Under the pieces are notes generated by a model, which ran no database searches, was not told where the DNA came from, and worked only from the letters and a program-made list of their open reading frames with translations. From positions 1-48,218 of the IMG/VR virus record IMGVR_UViG_3300016649_000214: 48,218 nucleotides of DNA. One strand, 5' to 3'. The position numbers and the translations under genes are program-made. Source of the stretch: a virus. Lineage: Duplodnaviria; Caudoviricetes. Of the stretch, positions 1 to 8,717 are shown piece after piece (within the stretch, counting starts at the first letter, position 1; each line of letters starts with the position of its first letter).

Positions 1-66
1 AAAAATTCAGTAATTTCAGGGAATATAAAGGAGAAAAAGCGAATTCAGCAGAGGTGTGTTGACTTA

Positions 67-113
67 AATGGTACGCCCTACAGGGCTCGAACCTGTGACC
101 TACGGCTTAGAAG
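67..113. repeat. att core, integrase-distal copy (displaced tRNA-Arg 3' fragment)
   Basis: aatggtacgccctacagggctcgaacctgtgacctacggcttagaag; 46/47 identical to 47959..48005. Confidence 0.95.
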
Positions 114-174
114 AAAGTAGAGCGTTAAATAACTCACTGTAATCACACATGTTTACCGCGTTCGCATCCGGTTT

Positions 175-247
175 TGTGTCGTTTCGTGTCGTTTGAATAC
201 ATCCCTGTCTTTATCGTGCATTCCTGTCACGCCACATCTACGACACA
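175..247. promoter_or_regulatory. Putative integrase arm-type binding sites (CGACACA-like)
   Basis: TGTGTCG 175..181, CGTGTCG 185..191, CGCCACA 230..236, CGACACA 241..247; same motif twice at 47894..47911. Confidence 0.55.
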
Positions 248-268
248 GCAGCCACGAGCTGACAGCAA

Positions 269-586
269 CTAAACAACCGCATTGTCCTGGCGCACATCGC
301 AGATAGTAAACGTCACTACACCGATGACAGTAACATCGTCCAGGGCCTCGCCCTCGATCGCTTCACCATCTTCGGTAATCAGCGACCTTCCTCTCAGCGT
401 GGCAAGCTCCGTCCCGCCGCCGTGCTGGATCAGAACCTGACTACCTTGTGATGGCTTCAGGGATATATCCAGTACAACGTAACCACCAGATCGCTCGAAA
501 ACTAGCGTGTTTGGGCCGACATTGCAGATCGAGTTAACAGACAGACGCTGCTCGACGTAGTCGGAAGCCGGTGATGGAAAGCCCAT
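269..586 (-). CDS. UmuD'-like (HumD-like) protein lacking the S24 catalytic Ser motif
   Basis: Starts MGFPSPASDYVE, the post-cleavage N-terminus of UmuD; ends with V(I/F)GVVT; upstream LexA box. Confidence 0.75.
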   Translation of the reverse strand: MGFPSPASDYVEQRLSVNSICNVGPNTLVFERSGGYVVLDISLKPSQGSQVLIQHGGGTELATLRGRSLITEDGEAIEGEALDDVTVIGVVTFTICDVRQDNAVV

Positions 587-605
587 CAGATGACCCTCCC
601 ATGGA

Positions 606-625
606 TACTGTTTTTATATACAGTA
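606..625. promoter_or_regulatory. LexA (SOS) box
   Basis: TACTGTTTTTATATACAGTA = CTG-N10-CAG consensus, 20 bp upstream of the humD-like ATG. Confidence 0.85.
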
Positions 626-886
626 ATTATAAAGCAAAGGTAGATCAACCCCTCCCATCCTCGGGAGAACCATGCAGTTGTTAAACATCATGAATTAATA
701 ATGGATAAGATCGGCTTTTGAAAATATATAATTAACTATAAAGCAAACCTCGTCATTATAAACAATTAATTTGTGTGTAACATAAATGCCTCAACCACCA
801 TTCAATAAGAATGTTATCAGCATTGCTGACTTCTAACATTCCTTTTCGCCATGCTTTAATTATCAGTTAAAATATAGTCGCGCATA

Positions 887-917
887 AAAAAACCCAGGAA
901 GGAGAGCATCCTGGGGA
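887..917 (-). terminator. Putative Rho-independent terminator after the acyltransferase
   Basis: CCCAGGA...TCCTGGG followed by a T run on the minus strand. Confidence 0.5.
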
Positions 918-941
918 TATCTCATACTAAATCATGTCAAA

Positions 942-1943
942 TTATATTAATTTAAAGAAGCTAAGCTTCCTCTTTCTTATGATGTTGATAATGTTTTTTT
1001 CCACAGCTTCATAAAAAACAATGCCGCACGCAACCGTAAAAAGAGCGCACAGAAAAAATATCAACAATCCATCTACATTAGGTAGAAACTTTGAAGACAT
1101 TTTTATAATCAATGGCAAAGAAAATACCTGTATTAGATACATTGAATAAGATGCATCACCTATATATGTCAAAATTCCCTTCTTGAAATCACGACATACA
1201 ACAGACGACAAAACGAGAAAAAAAGAAACAACTCCTACAATCAGAGGTCTTCTCCAGGTAGGTATGATATCAACAGGGACGATTAACGATAAGGACATTA
1301 TATATAATGACACCAGTATCGCCAAGATAAAATACCTGGCATTAAGTTTACTACTGAGTCTGTATCTTGATACTAAGTGATAAATCAAAACTCCATAACA
1401 AAACTCAATGGCAATGGGTTTAATTATCCCGAACAATGACGAAAGAAATATCACAACCATGAGCAAAATCGTTTTGAATAATGAGTCTTTAATAAAGAGG
1501 CACAATGCAAAGACCACATAGAAGAAGGCCTCAAACTCCAAACTCCATCCAACATAAATGGTTGGGTAGGTATAACCAAAAAAATTACTTATAAATAACA
1601 ATGATGCTATATTTTGTTCTAGTGGTTGTATTGAGCCGTTGAATAACCAAGGGAGAAAGGTTTGCATTCCAATTAAAAGCAGTGTACATATCCAGTAAGT
1701 AGGTATTATTCGGGCTGCTCTGTCCTTAATGAATTCAAGTGGAGTTTTATGTTTCGTTGAATCTATCATTGCCATGATATAACCGGATATAACAAAAAAT
1801 ATATCTACACCGAAAGCCCCCCATCTTCCAACCTTTATGAACCCATTGAAATCAAAACCATATTTATACACAAGTCCTGATGAATGACACCCTATCACCA
1901 TTAATACAGCAATCGCTCTAAGTATCTGAATATTATTTATCAT
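942..1943 (-). CDS. Acyltransferase family 3 (OafA/Oac-like polysaccharide O-acetyltransferase) moron
   Basis: LRAIA..V...H, GVDIFFVISGY, R..RI.P.YW, WSL..E..FY and G..SYS.YL motifs; many TM segments; very low GC. Confidence 0.9.
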   Translation of the reverse strand: MINNIQILRAIAVLMVIGCHSSGLVYKYGFDFNGFIKVGRWGAFGVDIFFVISGYIMAMIDSTKHKTPLEFIKDRAARIIPTYWICTLLLIGMQTFLPWLFNGSIQPLEQNIASLLFISNFFGYTYPTIYVGWSLEFEAFFYVVFALCLFIKDSLFKTILLMVVIFLSSLFGIIKPIAIEFCYGVLIYHLVSRYRLSSKLNARYFILAILVSLYIMSLSLIVPVDIIPTWRRPLIVGVVSFFLVLSSVVCRDFKKGILTYIGDASYSMYLIQVFSLPLIIKMSSKFLPNVDGLLIFFLCALFTVACGIVFYEAVEKNIINIIRKRKLSFFKLI

Positions 1944-2107
1944 TTATAAAAACCTCACCCTGAAGGAACAATCAGGATTTGTAAAGGAGGCTAACATTAA
2001 TATGATAAAATGTAAAAAAACGCAATCACTCTTGAATGATTTTAAGAAAAGTTGCAGATGGTTTTAAAACCCCAATGTATTCAATAAGTTAATATAGAAG
2101 TATTGGA

Positions 2108-2132
2108 ATAAATCCCCGCCGAAACGGGGAAT
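2108..2132 (-). terminator. Terminator between the tail spike and the acyltransferase moron
   Basis: TCCCCGTTTCGGCGGGGA followed by TTTATT on the minus strand. Confidence 0.7.
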
Positions 2133-2139
2133 ATCTGCC

Positions 2140-4065
2140 TTAAACGGCTGGTAGCCCCAGCGCACGCATTAGCGCTGCAACAATAGCATAACCACCAGAA
2201 TCGGGATCTGGGTGGATTCCATCTGCGATCATCCATGGCCTGGAACTGCCATACGCGTAATCGGCTGGCTTAACGCCAAAGTCGTTTTGCAACCACAGAA
2301 ACGCCACATCACGCTCGTCACGGGCAATTTCATACATCGCTTTGGCATATTCAGACATTGGGTACAAGTTATCTGTACGCTGGTTCTCCTGCGGGCAAAC
2401 CAGAAGCACATCAGTTGTGGGTCTCGCTGCCCGAACCCTATCAACCATCTCAATTATATTGCTTTTAAACGTAGAAGGAGGCATGCCAGCGCCCTGATCA
2501 TTTGTCCCCAGCATGATGGATGTTAGGTCTCCGCCTAGCGTTGCAAATGATGTTTTCCAGCGAGTAGCATCGCGGGCTACCCAGTCTGCAGATGACGATC
2601 CACTTGCACCCAGTTTGTGGCAAACAACTCCCGCAGCGGATGCATCTACTATGTTCATGCCGTAGAGCTTCACTGTCCCAGAAATAACAGTAATGGTGAA
2701 CGTACCGCTATTTGTGGTAGGGATATCGTTTAGCGGAATGGCTTGAATCCCAGGAGCTAACGCTGATAAGTCAATCTGTGTCGCCGTACTCATTCCAGTC
2801 GCAAGGTAACTGATGACGCCACTTCCACCCTCCGCAAGAAGGGTATGAGTGCGTCCAAGCCTGAAATCCTCATCCCAGGACAGGGTTGCTCCTGCTGTAG
2901 AGCTTTGCATTACAGAAATGTCAGGAGAATCGCCACCGTAATAAGTCCCTACGAACCCGTTTGAAGTAACCGCATTTGGGTTGATTATGCTGCCGTTTTT
3001 CGAGTTGGTAGTATCAGCGCCACCGAAAGACAGATAACCCCACCCAATCGGGCCACTTGAAACATTCGGCGCGCCATTTTGATAAATAGACCAGAGTCGA
3101 CGAGCACTACGCAGCGGATAGCGTGACGTATCTCGAGTGTAGCTATCACCCATCATAGGCCATGTTAATCTCGCGGTAAGCCCGGTTGCCCCAAAACTTA
3201 GTTTATTGAGCCGCTGATGAGTTTCCCGCAATCTCTCCAGTCCGAAATAATCTGGAGTGTCCACATCCACATGTGTATCAATACTAACGGGCTCACCATG
3301 CGGCAGCGTGCTTTTCACCTTATAGCTGAATGATTCGTACGTTGATGGCGCGCTTCCTTCCTCTAGCTGAAATCCAGAAATATTTGCTAAAGCAAGTGTC
3401 ACACGCACATACGCCGCATTAGATGGAGTTGTGAATGTTGTTGTGCTGGCGAGAGTGGAGATAAACGCTTTATCCGCATCATAAATGTTTATGAAGCGCA
3501 TGCTTTTATTTCCTACATACCCTGTTGATGCTTTAACTGGAAGATAGTCAGAAAATTTATATGTCGTTCCACCTGGAACAACAAAACCATTCTCATCGAT
3601 ATAACCAGCGGTCAGTGTATAGGGGTTATAAATATTCTTTCCAGCATTGAACAGGCCAATACTATAGATATCTGGCTCATTAACCGGATACTTTAACCCA
3701 TCACCGTCAAGCGAAGTTGCTGCCGTGAGTGAGTAAGGCTCGTAGGCCGTCATCTTACTTCCAACCTCAATCTGGAAGTAATCAATTCTCGCAAGAAGCA
3801 CTGAAATGCGAAGATATGCCGCAGAGGAAGGTACTGCGAACGCCCCATTTTGATTCTGGAGAGACGACAGCCATGTTTTATTGGCATCATAAAAGTTAAT
3901 ATATCGCGCTGGCTGAGAAGGCCTCAATGTTCCGCCGGCAGTGACTTTAATGTAGTCTGAGACAAAGTAAGTTGAGGCAACGATTAGCTCCCCATTTTCA
4001 TTAATGGCGTATCCCTGCGTTGCTGTTGCCTTGTTAAACTGGTTTTTCCCAGGAGTTACTCCCAT
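2140..4065 (-). CDS. Receptor-binding/tail spike protein, C-terminal part: two beta-rich repeats plus an SGNH/GDSL esterase domain
   Basis: SGNH blocks GDSYT, KLGASGS, MLGTND and DGIHP; last gene of the tail module. Confidence 0.85.
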   Translation of the reverse strand: MGVTPGKNQFNKATATQGYAINENGELIVASTYFVSDYIKVTAGGTLRPSQPARYINFYDANKTWLSSLQNQNGAFAVPSSAAYLRISVLLARIDYFQIEVGSKMTAYEPYSLTAATSLDGDGLKYPVNEPDIYSIGLFNAGKNIYNPYTLTAGYIDENGFVVPGGTTYKFSDYLPVKASTGYVGNKSMRFINIYDADKAFISTLASTTTFTTPSNAAYVRVTLALANISGFQLEEGSAPSTYESFSYKVKSTLPHGEPVSIDTHVDVDTPDYFGLERLRETHQRLNKLSFGATGLTARLTWPMMGDSYTRDTSRYPLRSARRLWSIYQNGAPNVSSGPIGWGYLSFGGADTTNSKNGSIINPNAVTSNGFVGTYYGGDSPDISVMQSSTAGATLSWDEDFRLGRTHTLLAEGGSGVISYLATGMSTATQIDLSALAPGIQAIPLNDIPTTNSGTFTITVISGTVKLYGMNIVDASAAGVVCHKLGASGSSSADWVARDATRWKTSFATLGGDLTSIMLGTNDQGAGMPPSTFKSNIIEMVDRVRAARPTTDVLLVCPQENQRTDNLYPMSEYAKAMYEIARDERDVAFLWLQNDFGVKPADYAYGSSRPWMIADGIHPDPDSGGYAIVAALMRALGLPAV

Positions 4066-4823
4066 TATTTTTTTGCTGAAACTGGCGTTCCATCAGGTAG
4101 AGTTTCAGAAATATATTCACGATAATATTTAAACGCGGTTTTTAATGGCCCTGCCTCTATTTGCAAAAGGGTTTTGGAGTCAATTCCTCCAGTGATACGT
4201 ATATAACGAGCGTTTGATGGTGTTGTGAACTGCGTGACAAAAGTTAAATAGCTTAGTAGGTTATTCTGATCATCGAAAAAGTGTACAAATCTCAAGTTGT
4301 AATTTGATGCCACCTGCATTGCAGGACTTACCATCATGTAATCAGAAAGGAAATATATCGGGTTGTCACTTATAACACCCTGTTCATTCAGGTATTTTCC
4401 ATCCAGCGAAGTGCGATAGTTATAGATATTTCTACCAGGAGAAAGAATGTCATTTTCGGCGATGAAGGAGTAAACATCGTCAATAGCCTGTTGGGAAGGC
4501 ATTTTTCTGCCTGTGGACTCAAGCGTCCCATCATTGTTGATGTACTCATCAGCAAGGGAGCTACCATCGGCATTACGGACGTATGTTGTTGTGCCTGATG
4601 GAATATTGGCAATATCAGCCTGGGCTTCTGCAAGCGTCATGTACTGGCGACTGAGGGGGATCAGGTTCTGCCTGATGCCATCGACGGTGTAATGCTCACC
4701 TCCGAGGCGATCAACATATTTTGCTTCCGTGCTGGTAACAAATTCATCAATTTTCCCGGCGTTAAATTTTATATCTCGCGTCGTCTCACTCGGTACGGGT
4801 AGCTGTGTTGGTGTGGTAGCCAT
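4065..4823 (-). CDS. Receptor-binding/tail spike protein, N-terminal part (virion anchor plus first repeat)
   Basis: MATTPTQLPVPSE..RD.KFNAGKIDEFVTS anchor typical of enterobacterial siphophage tail spikes; ends at an A7 run overlapping the next ATG (TAATG). Confidence 0.85.
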   Translation of the reverse strand: MATTPTQLPVPSETTRDIKFNAGKIDEFVTSTEAKYVDRLGGEHYTVDGIRQNLIPLSRQYMTLAEAQADIANIPSGTTTYVRNADGSSLADEYINNDGTLESTGRKMPSQQAIDDVYSFIAENDILSPGRNIYNYRTSLDGKYLNEQGVISDNPIYFLSDYMMVSPAMQVASNYNLRFVHFFDDQNNLLSYLTFVTQFTTPSNARYIRITGGIDSKTLLQIEAGPLKTAFKYYREYISETLPDGTPVSAKK

Positions 4824-4832
4824 ATTTATTCC

Positions 4833-4861
4833 AATAAAAAACCCGGCACGGTGGCCGGGTT
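4833..4861 (-). terminator. Rho-independent terminator
   Basis: ACCCGGC-loop-GCCGGGT plus T run. Confidence 0.65.
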
Positions 4862-4879
4862 GTAGTGATGGGGGGGAAT

Positions 4880-7372
4880 TTACTGATAAATCTGGTCGCT
4901 GTACTCTGCGAGTTTAAGAGCGGTGGTGCCGTCAGAGCTTGGGTTTTTCTCTGTAATTACCCACAGGGTAGAGTCCAGCTCTTCCGTTGTTGCGATAGCG
5001 TATCTGGAGGGGGACTGCACATCATAACCATCGAAGAAGTTGAGCTGCATATCCGGCACTGGGGCAACGAAGCCGAAGGCCTTATCATCCCGGGGAGTTG
5101 CTGCGAACCTCTCCGATGGATTGCCAAGATAATCCGTCACAACAACAAACATACCGCCAGAGAAATTGATACGCTCGCTGGTTTCAAAGGTGTTGCCGGA
5201 ACGGGAAACGACATAGCCACTTTGCTGATTATTATCGTAGGTGTCCGGTATCTGAACCATATCGCCCACGTTGACCCACTCACCATCACCGAGGGCTGTT
5301 ATAGCCGCATTCATTCGTGAATAAATGAGCCTCAGGCACTCCCGCTTTGCCCGGTAATCAGCCTGGAATGCATTCCGTATATACAGCATCTCGAACTTCT
5401 TCGCTTTAACCGGCTGCCCCAACTCTACGCCACCGTTTCTGACCCGGTATCGTATGTAATCCTGCTTGTTTGTGGTTGGGTTCCTGTACTGAACCTCCAC
5501 GCCGTCATAATCACCCGGGAGGCTCATGTCGTAGCTCAGTGAGTAGCCATCCGCCTTGGTATTCGTCCGGTTAAAGACCGTTACCGGTTTGTCACGCTTC
5601 TCATCGAGAGTGAAAGAGAGCACGCCGTCATCCCAGTAAACGCTGACGCAAGCCGCATCGCAGATGGTCTCCATGCGAGAACCCAGCGACAGGTCCTCAT
5701 CATCAAACGTGTAGTCGAAATAACCAAGGCGCCCGTCAATCGCATCGATGCGGGTCTGAATTTCATACAGCCCATAGATGTCTATCGACGTTTCCGCTTG
5801 CCCCCCGACCATCAACCAGTTAAAGAGAGCGATGTCCGCAAATTTCCTCGAAGCCCTCAGCGTGTAGTCCACGGTCTGGGTTGCAAGGTCGTAGCTGATT
5901 ACGTAGCGATTGATAAGAGCGTTATATTTCCTGTCCCTGGAGCTGGTAGCCTGCTCAGTCGCCTGAACTGTGATGGTCACAATGGTGTCATCAGGGTACG
6001 TGACATTAATGCGTTGTCGAACAATGTGGATCATCTCAATTTTCATTATTGAGTGATCGCTGCTGGTATTCGTGCGCTTTATTTCAACAGCGTATCGCCC
6101 AACCCCCGCCAGCGGAGTGAATTTATACGTACCGTAAAAGGTGTCGCTTTTCCCGGTGAAGTTCTCCTGTCGCCGGGTGAACGTCTCTGTAGTACCCGGG
6201 ATTTGAACGTTATCGTCGTCCACTTTCCAGAACGTGATATCTGCGACGGCATAGTCACCATCGCCGTGCCCCAGCTGCGATTGCAGGTGAACCCACAACT
6301 CACTGCCTTCCACCGGGGAGAAGAACGGGCCGACAGTCAGAGGTTCGTTGTCATTGAGCGTGAAAATGGTGGTATTTACTACCGCGTCTGCGGGCGTTTC
6401 ATCGTAATCCTTCCCGCTGAGGTTACCGAAGGTGAAGTTATAGAAATAATCCGGGTCTACCAGGGCACCATCATCTGTGGTCGTTGCCTCCAGCAAATCA
6501 CCGTAAAGGGTTATATCTTTCGTTACTGGTCCATTCACGGTGCTGTAGGTGATGTTCACGATGAAGGATACAGCGTGTGGCTTTGCCAGGTCATAGAAAT
6601 AGTTAAAATCATTATTCCGCGGGATCGTAACCTTTGCCTGCCCAGCCAGAAAACTCCCGGAGGTCACGCTCGTTGTCGTTGCTGTTTCAGCCGGGAAATC
6701 ATCACTCTCGTTGGGACCCGGTAGCTCCTGGCCGTCAACATCATCGAAAGTGAATCCCTCTTCGATTTGGGGGATGTTCTCACCCGGCTGGTAGACTTGA
6801 TATGAAGCCCCGGCAAGAGCCCCAAGATTAGACTCAGAATAACGAACTGAGCTGACGTCATACTTTCCCAGCCCGAAATTCATCCATTCCGTAACTTTTT
6901 TATTGTTACTGACGTATTCGAAAATAGACTGCTGAATCAGGTCCGGAAAGGAACGGATAAGACCGAAGTTATCCGGCCTCGCCTCTCCATTTCTGGCGAT
7001 GTTGGTTTGCCCTTTCAGGCTGTTATTGGGTGATGTTTTGCTGTTGCCGGCTGCTGCGTTGGTATTCGGCTGTTTGATTAAACTACTGAGTACTTTCTGT
7101 GTGAATTTAATCGGGTTGAAGTGTTCGAGGGGGTTAAGAAGCGTGCCGACCAGTCCTCCACTCTTTGGCTGGTCATAAATGATGATACGGTCATCATCTG
7201 CCAGCGCAAAACCTACTTCATCGTTATCCTGCAGCTCTTTCCCGTTGACGTTAACCCTGACATCGGAATGCAGCGCCGACTCAGACAGCCAGTCGCTGAA
7301 TATCACCCCCGCAGGTACTTTCACGCGTTCTTTCGGCAGACCCGGAACGCGCTGAATCTCGATTATCGGCAT
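4880..7372 (-). CDS. Central tail fibre / tip attachment protein (TipJ-like)
   Basis: Likely start MPIIEIQR; ubiquitin-like N-terminus, SPNN.L..QTN.AR motif, 830 aa, follows the NlpC/P60 gene. Confidence 0.85.
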   Translation of the reverse strand: MPIIEIQRVPGLPKERVKVPAGVIFSDWLSESALHSDVRVNVNGKELQDNDEVGFALADDDRIIIYDQPKSGGLVGTLLNPLEHFNPIKFTQKVLSSLIKQPNTNAAAGNSKTSPNNSLKGQTNIARNGEARPDNFGLIRSFPDLIQQSIFEYVSNNKKVTEWMNFGLGKYDVSSVRYSESNLGALAGASYQVYQPGENIPQIEEGFTFDDVDGQELPGPNESDDFPAETATTTSVTSGSFLAGQAKVTIPRNNDFNYFYDLAKPHAVSFIVNITYSTVNGPVTKDITLYGDLLEATTTDDGALVDPDYFYNFTFGNLSGKDYDETPADAVVNTTIFTLNDNEPLTVGPFFSPVEGSELWVHLQSQLGHGDGDYAVADITFWKVDDDNVQIPGTTETFTRRQENFTGKSDTFYGTYKFTPLAGVGRYAVEIKRTNTSSDHSIMKIEMIHIVRQRINVTYPDDTIVTITVQATEQATSSRDRKYNALINRYVISYDLATQTVDYTLRASRKFADIALFNWLMVGGQAETSIDIYGLYEIQTRIDAIDGRLGYFDYTFDDEDLSLGSRMETICDAACVSVYWDDGVLSFTLDEKRDKPVTVFNRTNTKADGYSLSYDMSLPGDYDGVEVQYRNPTTNKQDYIRYRVRNGGVELGQPVKAKKFEMLYIRNAFQADYRAKRECLRLIYSRMNAAITALGDGEWVNVGDMVQIPDTYDNNQQSGYVVSRSGNTFETSERINFSGGMFVVVTDYLGNPSERFAATPRDDKAFGFVAPVPDMQLNFFDGYDVQSPSRYAIATTEELDSTLWVITEKNPSSDGTTALKLAEYSDQIYQ

Positions 7373-7751
7373 ATGAGTAAAATTCCACTCTGGTGAATAA
7401 TTTCTGGATGGTGCGGATGTTGTCAGACCGGATATGCCCGTTTTCGCCGCGGCTGTGCAATGCGCGACCATTAACGATGAGGCCGACATGAACCGGCTGC
7501 GCTCCGTAGTAGGCAACAAACATGTCGCTTTCCGTGAAAATATCCCCGCGCTGCCAGTACAGAATTTCATTAAAGAAGCAGGTGGCGAAGTCGCTGTCGG
7601 CCTCGTACCCGGGCACATCGTGAAGCTCTATCCCCAGAACGTGCCGGTAGTAAAGCACGATGAGCCCCCAACAATCCGCACCGTCGAAACTGCACGCACG
7701 GTTGAGCCAGGGCTTACCCTCCACCCGTTGAAGAAAATCATGTTTAAGCAT
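7281..7751 (-). CDS. Tail tip NlpC/P60-family protein
   Basis: DCWGL, HVG and ALH motifs; likely start MLKHDF. Confidence 0.85.
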   Translation of the reverse strand: MLKHDFLQRVEGKPWLNRACSFDGADCWGLIVLYYRHVLGIELHDVPGYEADSDFATCFFNEILYWQRGDIFTESDMFVAYYGAQPVHVGLIVNGRALHSRGENGHIRSDNIRTIQKLFTRVEFYSYADNRDSARSGSAERTRESTCGGDIQRLAV

Positions 7752-8214
7752 TTTGCAGTCCTGGGAACTCTTCGATGTTATAGAGGCGACCAACGTTATT
7801 ATTCAGCGGGTTTTTCAGCGTCAGTGAGCATGTAACGTCATCGGCGTCCATTGATACATCAGACACGTACAGCGTCCACGGTTTAAGCGGTGTATTCATG
7901 TCGGATGAATCAAAACGCTGATACGTTGCCGATATTGGGGTTATCCTGTCCGCACCACGCCAGAGTTTCAGTTTCTGTTTGAAGTCCAGTGCCAGCCGTC
8001 CGAATTTAACTGTGCTGCTGATTACCGGCGTGCTGCTCTGCTGGCTTTCGACGATTTCCATGTTGCACGGTGTGTAAACCTGTCCCACGAAGGTCTTGGG
8101 AAATATCTGCTTATCAACCAGTCTGATATCTCCAAAGACCGGGCTGGAGAAGGTCATGGTGTCGTAAAGAATACGGTTTGGACGCCTACTCTTAATCTCT
8201 CGAAATGTCGGCAT
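7744..8214 (-). CDS. Minor tail protein (DUF1833-like)
   Basis: Position between the distal tail and NlpC genes; C-terminal Y...EFPGL. Confidence 0.7.
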   Translation of the reverse strand: MPTFREIKSRRPNRILYDTMTFSSPVFGDIRLVDKQIFPKTFVGQVYTPCNMEIVESQQSSTPVISSTVKFGRLALDFKQKLKLWRGADRITPISATYQRFDSSDMNTPLKPWTLYVSDVSMDADDVTCSLTLKNPLNNNVGRLYNIEEFPGLQNA

Positions 8215-8708
8215 TATGGAATCCTCGGGATGCTTTCCGGGTCGCGGTCATCTGGATAACCCGTCACGATGATGTCGAGCCATGAGCCCCACGGTGGCGG
8301 CAGCTCAACGATGATGTCGTCGAATTCATCGTCAGCGTTTTTAAGCTGTCGACAAATGACATTCCCACTCCAGGTGAATATCGAACCGCTCTGAGACCAC
8401 GTAGGCCAGGACAGAAAATGCAGTTCCTGTATCTCTATTCCCGTGTCACCGGTTCCGGTACCGAGCGGCATCGTGAACCACTGATTACAGTTATCGAGAT
8501 AGTTTGGGCTTCGAAGCCACTGCATAAAGGCCCGGTGCTGGTCTCTGGTGAATATCCACTGTAAGGAAAAGGAGGTTTTCAGGTCATCAGTGAGTCGCTG
8601 GAATATCGGCGCGCCAACTTGCGGATTATCGACACGGAATCCGGTGTCCGGTGTCGGTGTCTTCCCTTTCTGGGCAAGTGGCAGCCAGTCAGGGTATGGA
8701 ATAGCCAT
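8214..8708 (-). CDS. Distal tail / minor tail protein
   Basis: Directly follows the tape measure gene; YP.WLPL and WF.MPL motifs. Confidence 0.7.
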   Translation of the reverse strand: MAIPYPDWLPLAQKGKTPTPDTGFRVDNPQVGAPIFQRLTDDLKTSFSLQWIFTRDQHRAFMQWLRSPNYLDNCNQWFTMPLGTGTGDTGIEIQELHFLSWPTWSQSGSIFTWSGNVICRQLKNADDEFDDIIVELPPPWGSWLDIIVTGYPDDRDPESIPRIP

Positions 8709-8717
8709 TTTATCTCC

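Noticed and set aside
1944-2107. Dam/OxyR phase-variation switch (gtr-like) for the acyltransferase
   Set aside because: No GATC sites in the upstream region.
7373-7618. N-terminal extension of the 912-aa ORF
   Set aside because: It overlaps the NlpC/P60 gene; the real start is most likely MPIIEIQR at 7372.
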